Assembly: GCA_017609645.1 (NCBI GenBank)
Contig: JAFCDQ010000002.1
Location: 1,260-65,259 of the forward strand
DNA length: 64,000 nt
Direction: 5' to 3'
Origin: Candidatus Woesearchaeota archaeon
GTDB lineage: Archaea; Nanobdellota; Nanobdellia; Woesearchaeales; ARS49
The stretch's first letter is position 1, and every line of letters begins with the position of its first letter. Position numbers and translations under genes: made by a program. The notes beneath the pieces were generated by a model. The model had not been told where the DNA came from. It was given only the letters and a program-made list of their open reading frames with translations, and did no database searches. Positions 39,429 through 48,090 of this stretch are shown piece by piece.

Positions 39429-39449
39429 AAAACTTCTCTTAATCGCGAT
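39429..39449. promoter_or_regulatory. 21-nt motif AAAACTTCTCTTAATCGCGAT (copy 1)
   Basis: Sits ~70 nt upstream of the ATG at 39518. A near-identical copy (one mismatch) occurs at 40305-40325. Confidence 0.4.
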
Positions 39450-39517
39450 GTTAGCAGAAATTAATTTTGAGCACTTAAAACGAATGTTTAATAAAGCTAT
39501 TAAATCACATATTTCTT

Positions 39518-40273
39518 ATGAACAAAAAATTACCAGTTTTTATGCAAGATTCAAAAACATTCGAGATACTTAAAGAAGCTAAATCTGCCATTCCGAAAAA
39601 TACAAAAGTTTATTTAGTAGGTGGAGCAGTAAGAAATGCTCTTTACTTTAAACTTTTTAATAAAAAACTACCCCAAAGAGATTATGATATTTTACTCGCA
39701 GGAGATAAAGATAAATTTGTGAACAATTTGCGTGCGCGTGGTTTTAGTTATGGTTTTATAAGAAGAAAATATACAGTTACTCTGAAAAAGAAAAAGATAC
39801 CAAAGCCACAGCACCGATTTAATGATTATGTATTGCTTGACATACACATTTCTGATGAAAAAAACATTTTGAAAAATCTTAAAGACAATTCAAATTTTAC
39901 AATAAATGGGTTTGCTTTATCTCTAAAAGATATTAATTCAGAAAATTGGCACAAAAAAGTGATTTCCCTCCCCCTCGCAATGCAAGATTTAAAGAATAAA
40001 AAACTCCGCGTAAATGTTATTGTTCATCCTGCTAATTTATTTGCTTGTCTTAGATTTATGTCCCAAGGATTTAAACCACCTTCTAAAAAAGAAGTAAAAG
40101 AACTGTTAATTGCGCTTGGTTCGCTTGAAAAGTGGAGATATCCAAGAAATATCAAAAAACTGTTTGATTATGCAGGAGGAGAATATAAAACTAGAAAATT
40201 AGTAAAAAAACTCGGAGTAAAAGAAAATATTTTCGACTTTAACATTATTAAAACATTACGCACCAAAAAATAA
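39518..40273 (+). CDS. Minimal Pol-beta-superfamily nucleotidyltransferase (class II CCA/poly(A)-polymerase head-domain-like)
   Basis: 251 aa. VYLVGGAVRNALY...QRDYDILLAG matches the GGxVRD...DxD head-domain signature of class II tRNA nucleotidyltransferases / poly(A) polymerases. No neck/body or HD domain. Confidence 0.5.
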   Translation: MNKKLPVFMQDSKTFEILKEAKSAIPKNTKVYLVGGAVRNALYFKLFNKKLPQRDYDILLAGDKDKFVNNLRARGFSYGFIRRKYTVTLKKKKIPKPQHRFNDYVLLDIHISDEKNILKNLKDNSNFTINGFALSLKDINSENWHKKVISLPLAMQDLKNKKLRVNVIVHPANLFACLRFMSQGFKPPSKKEVKELLIALGSLEKWRYPRNIKKLFDYAGGEYKTRKLVKKLGVKENIFDFNIIKTLRTKK

Positions 40274-40292
40274 CTCTTTTCTTAAATAAAAG

Positions 40293-40309
40293 GTTTTCTC
40301 GCGGAAAAC
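40293..40309 (+). terminator. Hairpin GTTTTC-TCGCG-GAAAAC followed by T-rich tract
   Basis: Lies 20 nt after the stop of the NTase gene and immediately before the second copy of the 21-nt motif. Confidence 0.3.
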
Positions 40310-40325
40310 TTCTCTTAATTGCGAT
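40305..40325. promoter_or_regulatory. 21-nt motif AAAACTTCTCTTAATTGCGAT (copy 2)
   Basis: Sits ~70 nt upstream of ATG 40395. The TATA box TTTATAAATAAA follows it. Confidence 0.4.
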
Positions 40326-40394
40326 TTGGGCTTCTTTTTCCTGAGAACTTGATTTTAACATAGATTTATAAATAAACCGGCATTTGAAACTGAA

Positions 40395-40844
40395 ATGAAA
40401 CCATTTAATAGGGAAGAAGTGTCTGCGAGAAGAAAATCCAAAGACTCTGGCAGAAGAAGAGTAACTTCCAGTAGCAGAGACTCTGGCAGAAGAGGTTCTA
40501 GTAGCAGAGACTCTGGTAGAAGAAGAGTAACTTCCAGTAGCAGAGACTCTGGCAGGAGAGAAGGTTCTGGCAGAAGACCAAGTTTTAGTCGAGAAGGAAC
40601 ACGTGGTAGATTTGAAAAAAGAGATACAAAAAGAAGTTCTAGAATGGAAATGCATGAGGTAATTTGTGATAAATGCGGCAAAGAATGCGAAGTCCCATTT
40701 AAACCAACTTCAAGCAAACCTATTTTTTGCAGTGATTGTTTCAAAAAAGAAGATGGCAGATCAACAGGTAATTCTTCAATTGATCTTACAGAAATAAACG
40801 AAAAACTTGATAAGATAATGAAAGCATTGAAGATCAAAGATTAA
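40395..40844 (+). CDS. Arg/Ser-repeat (SR-like) protein with C-terminal CxxC...CxxC zinc ribbon
   Basis: 149 aa. Four tandem SSSRDSGRR(R)(VT) repeats encoded by 30-36-nt DNA repeats. C-terminus ICDKCGKECEVPFKPTSSKPIFCSDCF. Confidence 0.55.
   Translation: MKPFNREEVSARRKSKDSGRRRVTSSSRDSGRRGSSSRDSGRRRVTSSSRDSGRREGSGRRPSFSREGTRGRFEKRDTKRSSRMEMHEVICDKCGKECEVPFKPTSSKPIFCSDCFKKEDGRSTGNSSIDLTEINEKLDKIMKALKIKD
40443..40580. repeat. Imperfect 30/36-nt tandem DNA repeats (GACTCTGGCAGAAGA...) encoding the RS-rich region
   Basis: Unit starts at about 40443, 40479, 40509 and 40545. Confidence 0.6.
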
Positions 40845-40930
40845 TTATTTTTTATATCTGTTTCTTATCCACCTTTTTTTAATAACTGGCAGAGTTATGT
40901 TAAATCCAACGTCTGACTTTCTTTTTATAA

Positions 40931-41821
40931 TCAAGATATTTTATTGTAGAGAAGTTTAGCATACTGTTGCGCATTTAAAGGCGTTCCACCTGACCTTTCA
41001 GTTGAACCTGCATTCCACCTTCCTCCAAAGTTAGGAAGAGATAATTCATTTAGATATATGCCTTCTGGAGCATTTTTTCCAAGACGTACTTTAATATTCC
41101 ATTTATTAGAATCTTTCATTGGAGCTGCTAACACAATTGCTACAGCTTCGGGCAAGAATGGAAGCAATAATGCAGCATCAATTTTTTGTTCTAGCACCAC
41201 ATAAGCTATATTTTCAAAGAATTGTATCTTACCATCTTCGACTAATTTTTTAACTTTATCACGTTCCGCATACCTTTTTTCAATATAAAAATTAGCCTTA
41301 TCACTAATGGGTTCTCCTTTAAGAAAGCGATATAATTCTTGTGCAGAAAAACAGATATCACGTTCTTCTTCAATTGCTTGTAGAAGATCTGCCATTTTAT
41401 GCTCTTCTCCACTATGATCTGCACTAATTGCAGCGTGACCAAATCTATCTTCTAGAGGAAGATATCCTCCTAGAATCATCGAAGTAAGAATAGAATCACA
41501 ATCTGTATGATTAATCACAATTTGATCTGTGACTTCTACAGAACCCTGTAACTTACCATAACGTAAAGCAAAAATAGTACTGGAAACTCTTCTTCGCATC
41601 TCAGGAATAGGGGAATGGTGATCTACATTAATTATTCCTTGATACTCTAATCCATATGTCTTAAGTTCGCCTTTTTCAGCTCCTTCTACAGAGAAGTCGC
41701 ATGCAAAAATAGTTTTACCTGAAAATTCCATCTTCAATTCTTCAGATGTAATTATTGATTTTTTAGGTATTAATTTAATTCTCTCAGTAATACCATCCAG
41801 ATTATCTTCAACGAAATTCAT
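40931..41821 (-). CDS. Hypothetical protein with DHH-phosphoesterase-like motifs
   Basis: 296 aa. NHTDCDSILTS (motif-I-like), VDHHS / ADHSGEEH, GGRWNAGS. The motif order is atypical, so this is a weak assignment. Confidence 0.4.
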   Translation of the reverse strand: MNFVEDNLDGITERIKLIPKKSIITSEELKMEFSGKTIFACDFSVEGAEKGELKTYGLEYQGIINVDHHSPIPEMRRRVSSTIFALRYGKLQGSVEVTDQIVINHTDCDSILTSMILGGYLPLEDRFGHAAISADHSGEEHKMADLLQAIEEERDICFSAQELYRFLKGEPISDKANFYIEKRYAERDKVKKLVEDGKIQFFENIAYVVLEQKIDAALLLPFLPEAVAIVLAAPMKDSNKWNIKVRLGKNAPEGIYLNELSLPNFGGRWNAGSTERSGGTPLNAQQYAKLLYNKIS

Positions 41822-41838
41822 TTTAAATTATGACTGAC

Positions 41839-42723
41839 TTAATCGACCACATGATGTTTTACATATTCTTTAAACAGGGGATGTGACTTATCTCCAACAA
41901 TTAAAAGTCCTTTTCTATCTCTAGGAGGGATCCTTTCTCCATCAATAATTTTATCACCAAAAGGCAATTCACCATACTCTATTCCTGAAGCATAAATAAC
42001 ATCTGCACCCCATTTTGAAAGCATCCAAGGTCCAACTGCCTGATCATAAACGTGACCATATGAAGTTAAAAATCCAGGAATTTCTCCTCGAATCATTTGC
42101 AATACCATTTGAGTGGTTGAATAAATTTCGTTTACAAATCTGTCAAAATCCAATTCTAATCTTTTTTTATCATGAATAAATATTGCTGAATATTCTTCTC
42201 TATCAGAGACTAGCGCTGAACTTTTATCTAGTTTTTTTCGGTGATCTTCTTGAATTTCAAAAAATCCAGAATCATTTGCTAAAAGAAAAAGATCATGTGT
42301 GGGAAAATACAGGAGTCCACTAATAAATTCACCTACATTATCATGTTTTCTCTTCATTATACTTCCAATTATTCCATAATCATTTCTAATACCATTTTTA
42401 TATGCATAAGTACCATCTATCGCATCTAAAGTAAAACATAAATCAGATTTTCCCTCATTATCATAAAATTTTGCTTGAACTTCAGTAGGATCTTCAGTTC
42501 TTTCTTCAACACTGATTGCGAGATCTGGAAAATGATTAAACAAATGAACTAAAATTGTTTCTTGATTATGTAAGTCCACTTCTGTAAGTGCCTGGCTTGC
42601 TATACTCGCCCCTTCTTTATCATTTAAAGACTTAGCAATCCCAAAATTTGATATGGTTTTTTCTCTTGTTAATCGCATACCTTGCATGATAACGTTTTCA
42701 ATTGATTCTAGATTAATTGTCAT
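41839..42723 (-). CDS. suhB: Inositol monophosphatase / FBPase family protein
   Basis: LDAIDGT (DPIDGT motif) and GPWMLSKWGADVIYASG (WDxAAG-like). The track start 42813 is TTG; I use ATG 42723 (MTINLES). Confidence 0.65.
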   Translation of the reverse strand: MTINLESIENVIMQGMRLTREKTISNFGIAKSLNDKEGASIASQALTEVDLHNQETILVHLFNHFPDLAISVEERTEDPTEVQAKFYDNEGKSDLCFTLDAIDGTYAYKNGIRNDYGIIGSIMKRKHDNVGEFISGLLYFPTHDLFLLANDSGFFEIQEDHRKKLDKSSALVSDREEYSAIFIHDKKRLELDFDRFVNEIYSTTQMVLQMIRGEIPGFLTSYGHVYDQAVGPWMLSKWGADVIYASGIEYGELPFGDKIIDGERIPPRDRKGLLIVGDKSHPLFKEYVKHHVVD

Positions 42724-42832
42724 TTTTAATATAATAGGAAGGTCTTTTATAAACTTTGTGTTTTTTACTACTCTTAAATGATTTATTATGTTGAGCAAAA
42801 ACCTTATAAACAAAATAAAAACTAAATAAAAT

Positions 42833-43393
42833 ATGACTGATAAAAAATGTATAATTGTTTATGGATGCCCTCCTACTCCTGAAGATTTAAATTATGATAA
42901 ACACTGGATTCCTTGGGTTAAAAAACAATTAATTTCAAATGGTATTGAAACAGAAATTCCTCATATGCCCGAGCCTTGGCAGCCTGAATATGAAAAATTC
43001 AAGAAAGAATTTGAAAAATATGAAGTTACAGAGAATACAATCTTAATAGGACACAGCTGCGGCACTGCTTTCTTAATTCGCTGGCTTGGAGAAACAAAAC
43101 AAAAAATTCTCAAACTTATTCTAGTAGCACCTTGGAAAATTAATCATAGAGGAGATAAATTTAGAGATGCATTTTATAATTTTCCAATCGATGAAACAAT
43201 CAAAGACAGAGTTAAAGAAATTGTAATGTTTACTTCTGATAATGAAAAAGATGCTGGAAAAGAAAGTGCGAAAATATATCACCAAGCATTCGATGGCCAG
43301 ATTATTGAACTTAAAGGAAAAGGACATTTTACCCTGAAAGATATGGGAACAGAAGAGTTTCCAGAATTAATTGAAGTTGTTTTGAAGGATTAA
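42833..43393 (+). CDS. Alpha/beta-hydrolase (RBBP9/YdeN-like serine hydrolase)
   Basis: 186 aa with the GHSCG nucleophile elbow. Confidence 0.6.
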   Translation: MTDKKCIIVYGCPPTPEDLNYDKHWIPWVKKQLISNGIETEIPHMPEPWQPEYEKFKKEFEKYEVTENTILIGHSCGTAFLIRWLGETKQKILKLILVAPWKINHRGDKFRDAFYNFPIDETIKDRVKEIVMFTSDNEKDAGKESAKIYHQAFDGQIIELKGKGHFTLKDMGTEEFPELIEVVLKD

Positions 43394-43399
43394 GTTATT

Positions 43400-43675
43400 T
43401 TATTTTAATTCTACATAATAAATTGAAAAAGTTCCATAACTATTCCAGTTATGTTAAAATTAATGTTTTGCTAATTCTTTTAATAATTTTTTATCTTCTT
43501 CTATGACGAAATTAGAAGCTACTTTAAACAAATCCAAAAATTTTCTCTGTCCTTTACTTATTTTATTTTTCATCATTTTCTTTTCCATATTTTAAATCAT
43601 ATAAAAGAATCTTTAAAAAGTTTTCTAAATCTTCTTTTTCAGGTAATTTTGTAGTATTTTTTCTCAACCACACAT
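43400..43675 (-). pseudogene. Possible decayed gene remnant downstream of the HEPN gene
   Basis: Two short ORF fragments in different frames (...DIDVWLRKNTTKLPEKEDLENFLKILLYDLKYGKENDEK* and MEKKMMKNKISKGQRKFLDLFKVASNFVIEEDKKLLKELAKH*) lie in an otherwise unusually long 280-nt non-coding gap. Confidence 0.25.
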
Positions 43676-44092
43676 CTATATCTCTTTCAGGTAATTATCT
43701 AAAATTTTCTTTTTAATTACAAATATCTTATCAATAATTTCTTTACCTTGCTCAAATTCTACTTTTTCCCCATAATAATTAATGCTGTTTCTAATCCATC
43801 TTAATCTATCAAAGTCATCATAATCAAAATCATCAAGAACATCCTTCAAAAATTCACCCATACAAATATGCGACAATACTTTATATCCTTTTAAAATACA
43901 AAGAGCTTCTAAAAGTTCTCGTAAAGAATCATAAGCAAGAGAAACATAAGCAGAAACAGTTAGTTCATTAACATCAGCTGTTTTAACAGTTGTTTCTTTA
44001 ATTCCAGACATTTCAATAAGTGACTTAATCAGTTCTTTATCTATCTTTGTCCTCTTTATTAGCCCTTTTCTCAAACAATCATTTAAATCCAT
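43676..44092 (-). CDS. HEPN-like partner of the upstream nucleotidyltransferase
   Basis: 138-aa all-alpha ORF. Its start overlaps the stop of the MNT gene. RWIRNSINYYG resembles an Rx4-6H-type HEPN motif, but the His is not evident. Confidence 0.5.
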   Translation of the reverse strand: MDLNDCLRKGLIKRTKIDKELIKSLIEMSGIKETTVKTADVNELTVSAYVSLAYDSLRELLEALCILKGYKVLSHICMGEFLKDVLDDFDYDDFDRLRWIRNSINYYGEKVEFEQGKEIIDKIFVIKKKILDNYLKEI

Positions 44093-44607
44093 TTTATCTT
44101 ACCTTGAATGACAATCCCATTCAAAATATTGTTAATTAAATGTTCATTTGTTAAATCCTTAATTTTTTTAACAATAAATAATTGAAGTTTTCTGTTTACT
44201 TTCTTTTCAAATTTCTTGATGTTTGGAAAGTCTTTTGTTTTTTCTGATATTATCAAGAAATCAAAATCACTTGTTTCAGTATCCATCCCAAAAGCACAAG
44301 AACCAAACATGACAATTGTTGGCTTAAGATAAAAATTATTTAATGCCTGAATAAATCCACTGTCTTTAATTTTTCTTAAATTATAGAAAATTTTAGTATC
44401 TTTATATAACTCACTTTCTATATCTGCTTTGTAAAGATGTAAAATTCTTTCCTTTCTCCCTCTTAATAATCCTTTTTTTTCTAAATTTTTTAATTCTTTA
44501 CTCGCAGTAGCAGGCGCAATCTTTAATAATCTAGCAACTTCTCTTGTGTTGAATTCTCTAGTCGGTTCTTCGAGAAATAACTTCAATATGTTTAATTTTC
44601 TGAACAT
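44083..44607 (-). CDS. Minimal nucleotidyltransferase (MNT) with N-terminal wHTH
   Basis: FGSCAFGMDTETSDFDFLI (GSx9-13DxD). N-terminus FNTREVARLLKIAPATASKELKNLEKKGLL is a winged helix. Confidence 0.65.
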   Translation of the reverse strand: MFRKLNILKLFLEEPTREFNTREVARLLKIAPATASKELKNLEKKGLLRGRKERILHLYKADIESELYKDTKIFYNLRKIKDSGFIQALNNFYLKPTIVMFGSCAFGMDTETSDFDFLIISEKTKDFPNIKKFEKKVNRKLQLFIVKKIKDLTNEHLINNILNGIVIQGKIKWI

Positions 44608-44669
44608 TTGTTCATGATAATGAACAGTTGTTTATAAATCTTTCTTAAACAGAGGGTCAAAAATTACTT

Positions 44670-44936
44670 CTACCACTTTTTCATTTCTTCTGTGAATTTA
44701 TCAAAATCCATTTTAATAAATTCTCCTTTTTCATATCTCTTCCAAGCTTCCTCAGTTCTTTTTGCAAACTCTAAATCTTCTTTAAATTGTTTATCTAATG
44801 CCGTAGCTTTCTTTAGAATTAATTGATTGTCGCTTTTTATAATTAAAAATTGATCTCCTTCTTTCATATCCTCACGTAATTCTGCTGGAATCACAATTTG
44901 TCCTTTTGAACTTAATTTTGTTAATGCAATTTCCAT
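44670..44936 (-). CDS. AbrB/SpoVT-family (MazE-like) DNA-binding protein
   Basis: 88 aa. KLSSKGQIVIPAELRE is a swapped-hairpin motif. Confidence 0.6.
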   Translation of the reverse strand: MEIALTKLSSKGQIVIPAELREDMKEGDQFLIIKSDNQLILKKATALDKQFKEDLEFAKRTEEAWKRYEKGEFIKMDFDKFTEEMKKW

Positions 44937-45020
44937 AATTTCACCTAAGGTAAGATGTATCTTACATATTATATAAAGGTTTTGGTTGTTTAGAAGGATT
45001 AGGAGATATTTGATTGTTTA

Positions 45021-45509
45021 CTATAGTATTTCGTCCAAACAATCAACCTCTAATTCAAATTTTCCTGTTTCTGTATGTAAATAGAATGAAGCGCAATAGT
45101 TATCAGGCACCCATTTAATTTGAAATTCCTTAAAATAATATCTAAGAACTTTTTCTACATGAGGACGACTTGATTGTTCAAATTCTTTTTGCTTTTTCTC
45201 TATTTCTGGAGATTCAAAACCTGAAATAAAAGAATTACCTGCTGCAAATACTTTCAACCTTGATAAATCTTCATAATCTTTTTTTATTTTTTGAATTTTT
45301 CCATCTAAATCAACATCTGGAAAATGACTTTCGTGCATCAGGTATCCACTTTTTGTTATTGGATCATATACCCCTATAGCTATACATGGACCTAAATGAG
45401 CAACTAATTCATCTGGATAATTAGCCTTTTTCATTTCTCCATCATCAACGTTAATAGTTTCCAAATCCATATTATTAGATAATATCCTTTGATTTATAAA
45501 TTTATGCAT
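45021..45509 (-). CDS. Hypothetical protein
   Basis: 162-aa ORF with no recognisable motif. Confidence 0.45.
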   Translation of the reverse strand: MHKFINQRILSNNMDLETINVDDGEMKKANYPDELVAHLGPCIAIGVYDPITKSGYLMHESHFPDVDLDGKIQKIKKDYEDLSRLKVFAAGNSFISGFESPEIEKKQKEFEQSSRPHVEKVLRYYFKEFQIKWVPDNYCASFYLHTETGKFELEVDCLDEIL

Positions 45510-45555
45510 AATTTACTACTCTACAGTAAGGTTTATATACTAGTTCTGCTTTATT

Positions 45556-46248
45556 ATGAATATGATAACAAATTTAGAAAATCTATGCACTGCGCACTTC
45601 GTACGTGAAGCTATTGATGCTCAATTCAAGGTAAATATCCCCGATTTTACTGAAAAATTAAATAAATTTATTCACGGGTATGGAAGTTTCGGCTATGATG
45701 AAGCTGACAGATATAATTTAAAGACAGATGGGAGCCATACTGAAGAAGAAGCAAAAGAAATTCTTAATCAAATTGAAGAAACACTAAAAGTAGATAAAAC
45801 TGATATTAAGCTAACAGAGATAGACAACATTCCTTATGGAATGGCTCAAGAACTTAGGCGAGAGACAGATTCTACTGCGCGAACTGTTTGTGCTGCTAGA
45901 AATACAGAAATTAAATTTGGAATAGTAAGAGGTCATGAATTAGTCGGCTTTGTTAGTGGAAATTACTGGGAAAATTGGATTGCTATTGGGGGATTATATG
46001 TTAGTAAAGAGTATAGAGGCAAAGGTCTTTCAAAAAAATTATTAAGACATTTGATGGAAAAAGCAGATGAAGAAGGTTTAAAAGGCCTTATGATGGGTGA
46101 TGCTTCTGTGGCAGGTCAAAATGCTTTGGCTGCATTAAAAAGAATTTATGATAAAGAAGGCAATACTAATATTGAATTTGAAGAAGATTATGATGAAATA
46201 AGAAATTATGCAAGTATTTCTTTTAAAGATAGATGTCTTGAAGATTAA
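45556..46248 (+). CDS. GNAT-family N-acetyltransferase with extra N-terminal region
   Basis: C-terminal motif IGGLYVSKEYRGKGLSKKLLRHLMEKADEEG is GNAT motif A (R/Q-x-x-G-x-G/A). Confidence 0.6.
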   Translation: MNMITNLENLCTAHFVREAIDAQFKVNIPDFTEKLNKFIHGYGSFGYDEADRYNLKTDGSHTEEEAKEILNQIEETLKVDKTDIKLTEIDNIPYGMAQELRRETDSTARTVCAARNTEIKFGIVRGHELVGFVSGNYWENWIAIGGLYVSKEYRGKGLSKKLLRHLMEKADEEGLKGLMMGDASVAGQNALAALKRIYDKEGNTNIEFEEDYDEIRNYASISFKDRCLED

Positions 46249-46389
46249 TATTTTTTTCTTGTAATAAATCTAGAGTGATTGGTTTATGTGTTATTTAATA
46301 CACAAAGTGCGCATAATATGTGTTATACGCAAGTTTCGAGGGCTCGAATACGAAAAATACTTATATATTTAATTTAATTCAAATATAAT

Positions 46390-46926
46390 ATGAAGCATAA
46401 TAAATTATTAATTGTAATTGTATTATTAATTGTAATCTTGGTGAGTAGTTGGTTTATTTTTACTCCGTCTCCAACAAAAACAACAGTTGATAATCCAACA
46501 AAAGCAACAGTTGATAATTTTTTAAAAGAAAATAGCTGTAATCCTTCATCTCTTGAGACAGACTATGCAAGTGAATATGAGTGTGCCGCATATTTGAGAA
46601 GACATACAACTCTACTTGACAGGCAAATTATTAGTGTTCCAAAATCCACGTTTTTATTTGTCCATACACCATTTAATTATTTCAATTATGTAGAACCAAA
46701 TACATCTGATAGTCATGTGTATATTTTTGTGGTTACAAGCGACGAAGGTGCTTTAGTGTATAATCCTATAAATGGAAATTTGATAGGTAGTTATGACGAC
46801 TTAGTATCAGAGGTTGGTTGTAAAATTCAACCAAATGAAGATTTATATTTAGCTTACGAAAAGTGTAGACTTATTGAACAGCAAAAACAACTTGATATAT
46901 TAAAACTAAACTCAACTGCTAAATAA
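46390..46926 (+). CDS. Secreted hypothetical protein
   Basis: 178 aa with signal/TM MKHNKLLIVIVLLIVILVSSWFIF. Confidence 0.45.
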   Translation: MKHNKLLIVIVLLIVILVSSWFIFTPSPTKTTVDNPTKATVDNFLKENSCNPSSLETDYASEYECAAYLRRHTTLLDRQIISVPKSTFLFVHTPFNYFNYVEPNTSDSHVYIFVVTSDEGALVYNPINGNLIGSYDDLVSEVGCKIQPNEDLYLAYEKCRLIEQQKQLDILKLNSTAK

Positions 46927-47148
46927 CAAAACAATCTTTTTTGCTCACCCACGAAACCTCTTCGCCAGCTTTTTCTTGTAATAAATACAAAAACCTTATA
47001 AACAATCCATGTAATTCTCTGGAATAATGATTAGAAAACATATGTTTGATAGTGTTAGTAAAACAGGTAGGTAATTCTTAGGTCTAAATACATTGTCTAA
47101 ATTTTATTTTAATTATATCTTAAAAATATCTTAATGGAGGATTCTAAC

Positions 47149-48090
47149 ATGGCAATTGTAAAAGATTTTATTTGGGAAAAAGGAATAAAAGTGCATGAAT
47201 TGGTTAGTGCTTATGGTAATATAGGATTTCAAAGTATTGAATTAAGTAAGGCAGCTGATTTGATTGTTAAAATGAAGAAAAACTCTGCCAAGATTTTTTT
47301 GACTTTTACTTCTAATATGGTTACATCTGGATTGCGTGGTTTTTTTGCTCAAATAATTCGTTTAGGAATGGCTGATGTGATTGTAACAACAGTAGGCGGA
47401 ATAGAAGAAGACATAATGAAAGCACATGGAGAGAAATTTACAATAGGAAGATTTGAATCAGATGATGTTGAGCTGCATGAACAAGGCATAAATCGTGTTG
47501 GTAATTTGTTTATCAAGAACGAGAGTTATATGAACTTTGAAGACAAAATAATAAAAATACTAAATGAATTATATCAAAAAAAGAAAAGATGGCCTGTATC
47601 AGAATTACTAAAAGAAATCGGACTAATGCTAGATGATGAAAACTCAATCTTATGCCAAGCAGCAAAATACAACGTACCAATATTCTGCCCTGCAATAACA
47701 GACGGCTCATTTGGATTTCATCTATACTTATTCCAACAAAAACACCCTGATTTTATAGTAGATGTTGTAAAAGACTTTGGAAACATACTTTTAAGCACAA
47801 GTCATGATGAAAAGAAAGCAATAATTGCATTAGGTGGAAGTATCTCAAAACATCATGCAATACTATGCACTTTACTAAATGGCGGAGCTGATTATGCATT
47901 ATACATGACAACTGCTCATAAAACATCTGGAAGTATGAGTGGAGCAACAACAAACGAAGCAAAAAGCTGGGGAAAAGTAAAAGATGATTCAGACATAGCA
48001 ACCGTCATAGGAGATGTTACAGTGATGTTTCCTTTAGCGATGATAAAAGCATTTGAAGAATTAGATAGCGAGGGGCTTTTAAAGAAATGA
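47149..48090 (+). CDS. dys: Deoxyhypusine synthase
   Basis: NMVTSGLRG, GGSISKHH and AKSWGKV match DHS. GGAGGA lies 9 nt upstream of ATG 47149; the track start 47134 lies inside that SD. Confidence 0.85.
   Translation: MAIVKDFIWEKGIKVHELVSAYGNIGFQSIELSKAADLIVKMKKNSAKIFLTFTSNMVTSGLRGFFAQIIRLGMADVIVTTVGGIEEDIMKAHGEKFTIGRFESDDVELHEQGINRVGNLFIKNESYMNFEDKIIKILNELYQKKKRWPVSELLKEIGLMLDDENSILCQAAKYNVPIFCPAITDGSFGFHLYLFQQKHPDFIVDVVKDFGNILLSTSHDEKKAIIALGGSISKHHAILCTLLNGGADYALYMTTAHKTSGSMSGATTNEAKSWGKVKDDSDIATVIGDVTVMFPLAMIKAFEELDSEGLLKK

Noticed and set aside
39955-39985. Sequence TTTCCCTCCCCCTCGCA inside the NTase gene resembling the tRNA-Leu 3'-end repeat (CCCTTCCCCCTCA)
   Set aside because: Only a partial match, and it lies in frame within a coding region (encodes ISLPLA). 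Most likely coincidence.
40248-40837. ORFs 40248..40655(-) and 40355..40837(-) opposite the SR-repeat gene
   Set aside because: Antisense reading frames kept open by the low-complexity RS/E-rich repeat. No start-codon context, and they overlap a well-supported plus-strand gene.
46300-46360. Imperfect hairpins (TGCGCATAATATGTGTTATACGCA; TTCGAGGGCTCGAA) between the GNAT gene and the next gene; considered as ncRNA or terminator
   Set aside because: Short, AT-rich, imperfect stems with no T-tract or conserved structure. Cannot be distinguished from chance.
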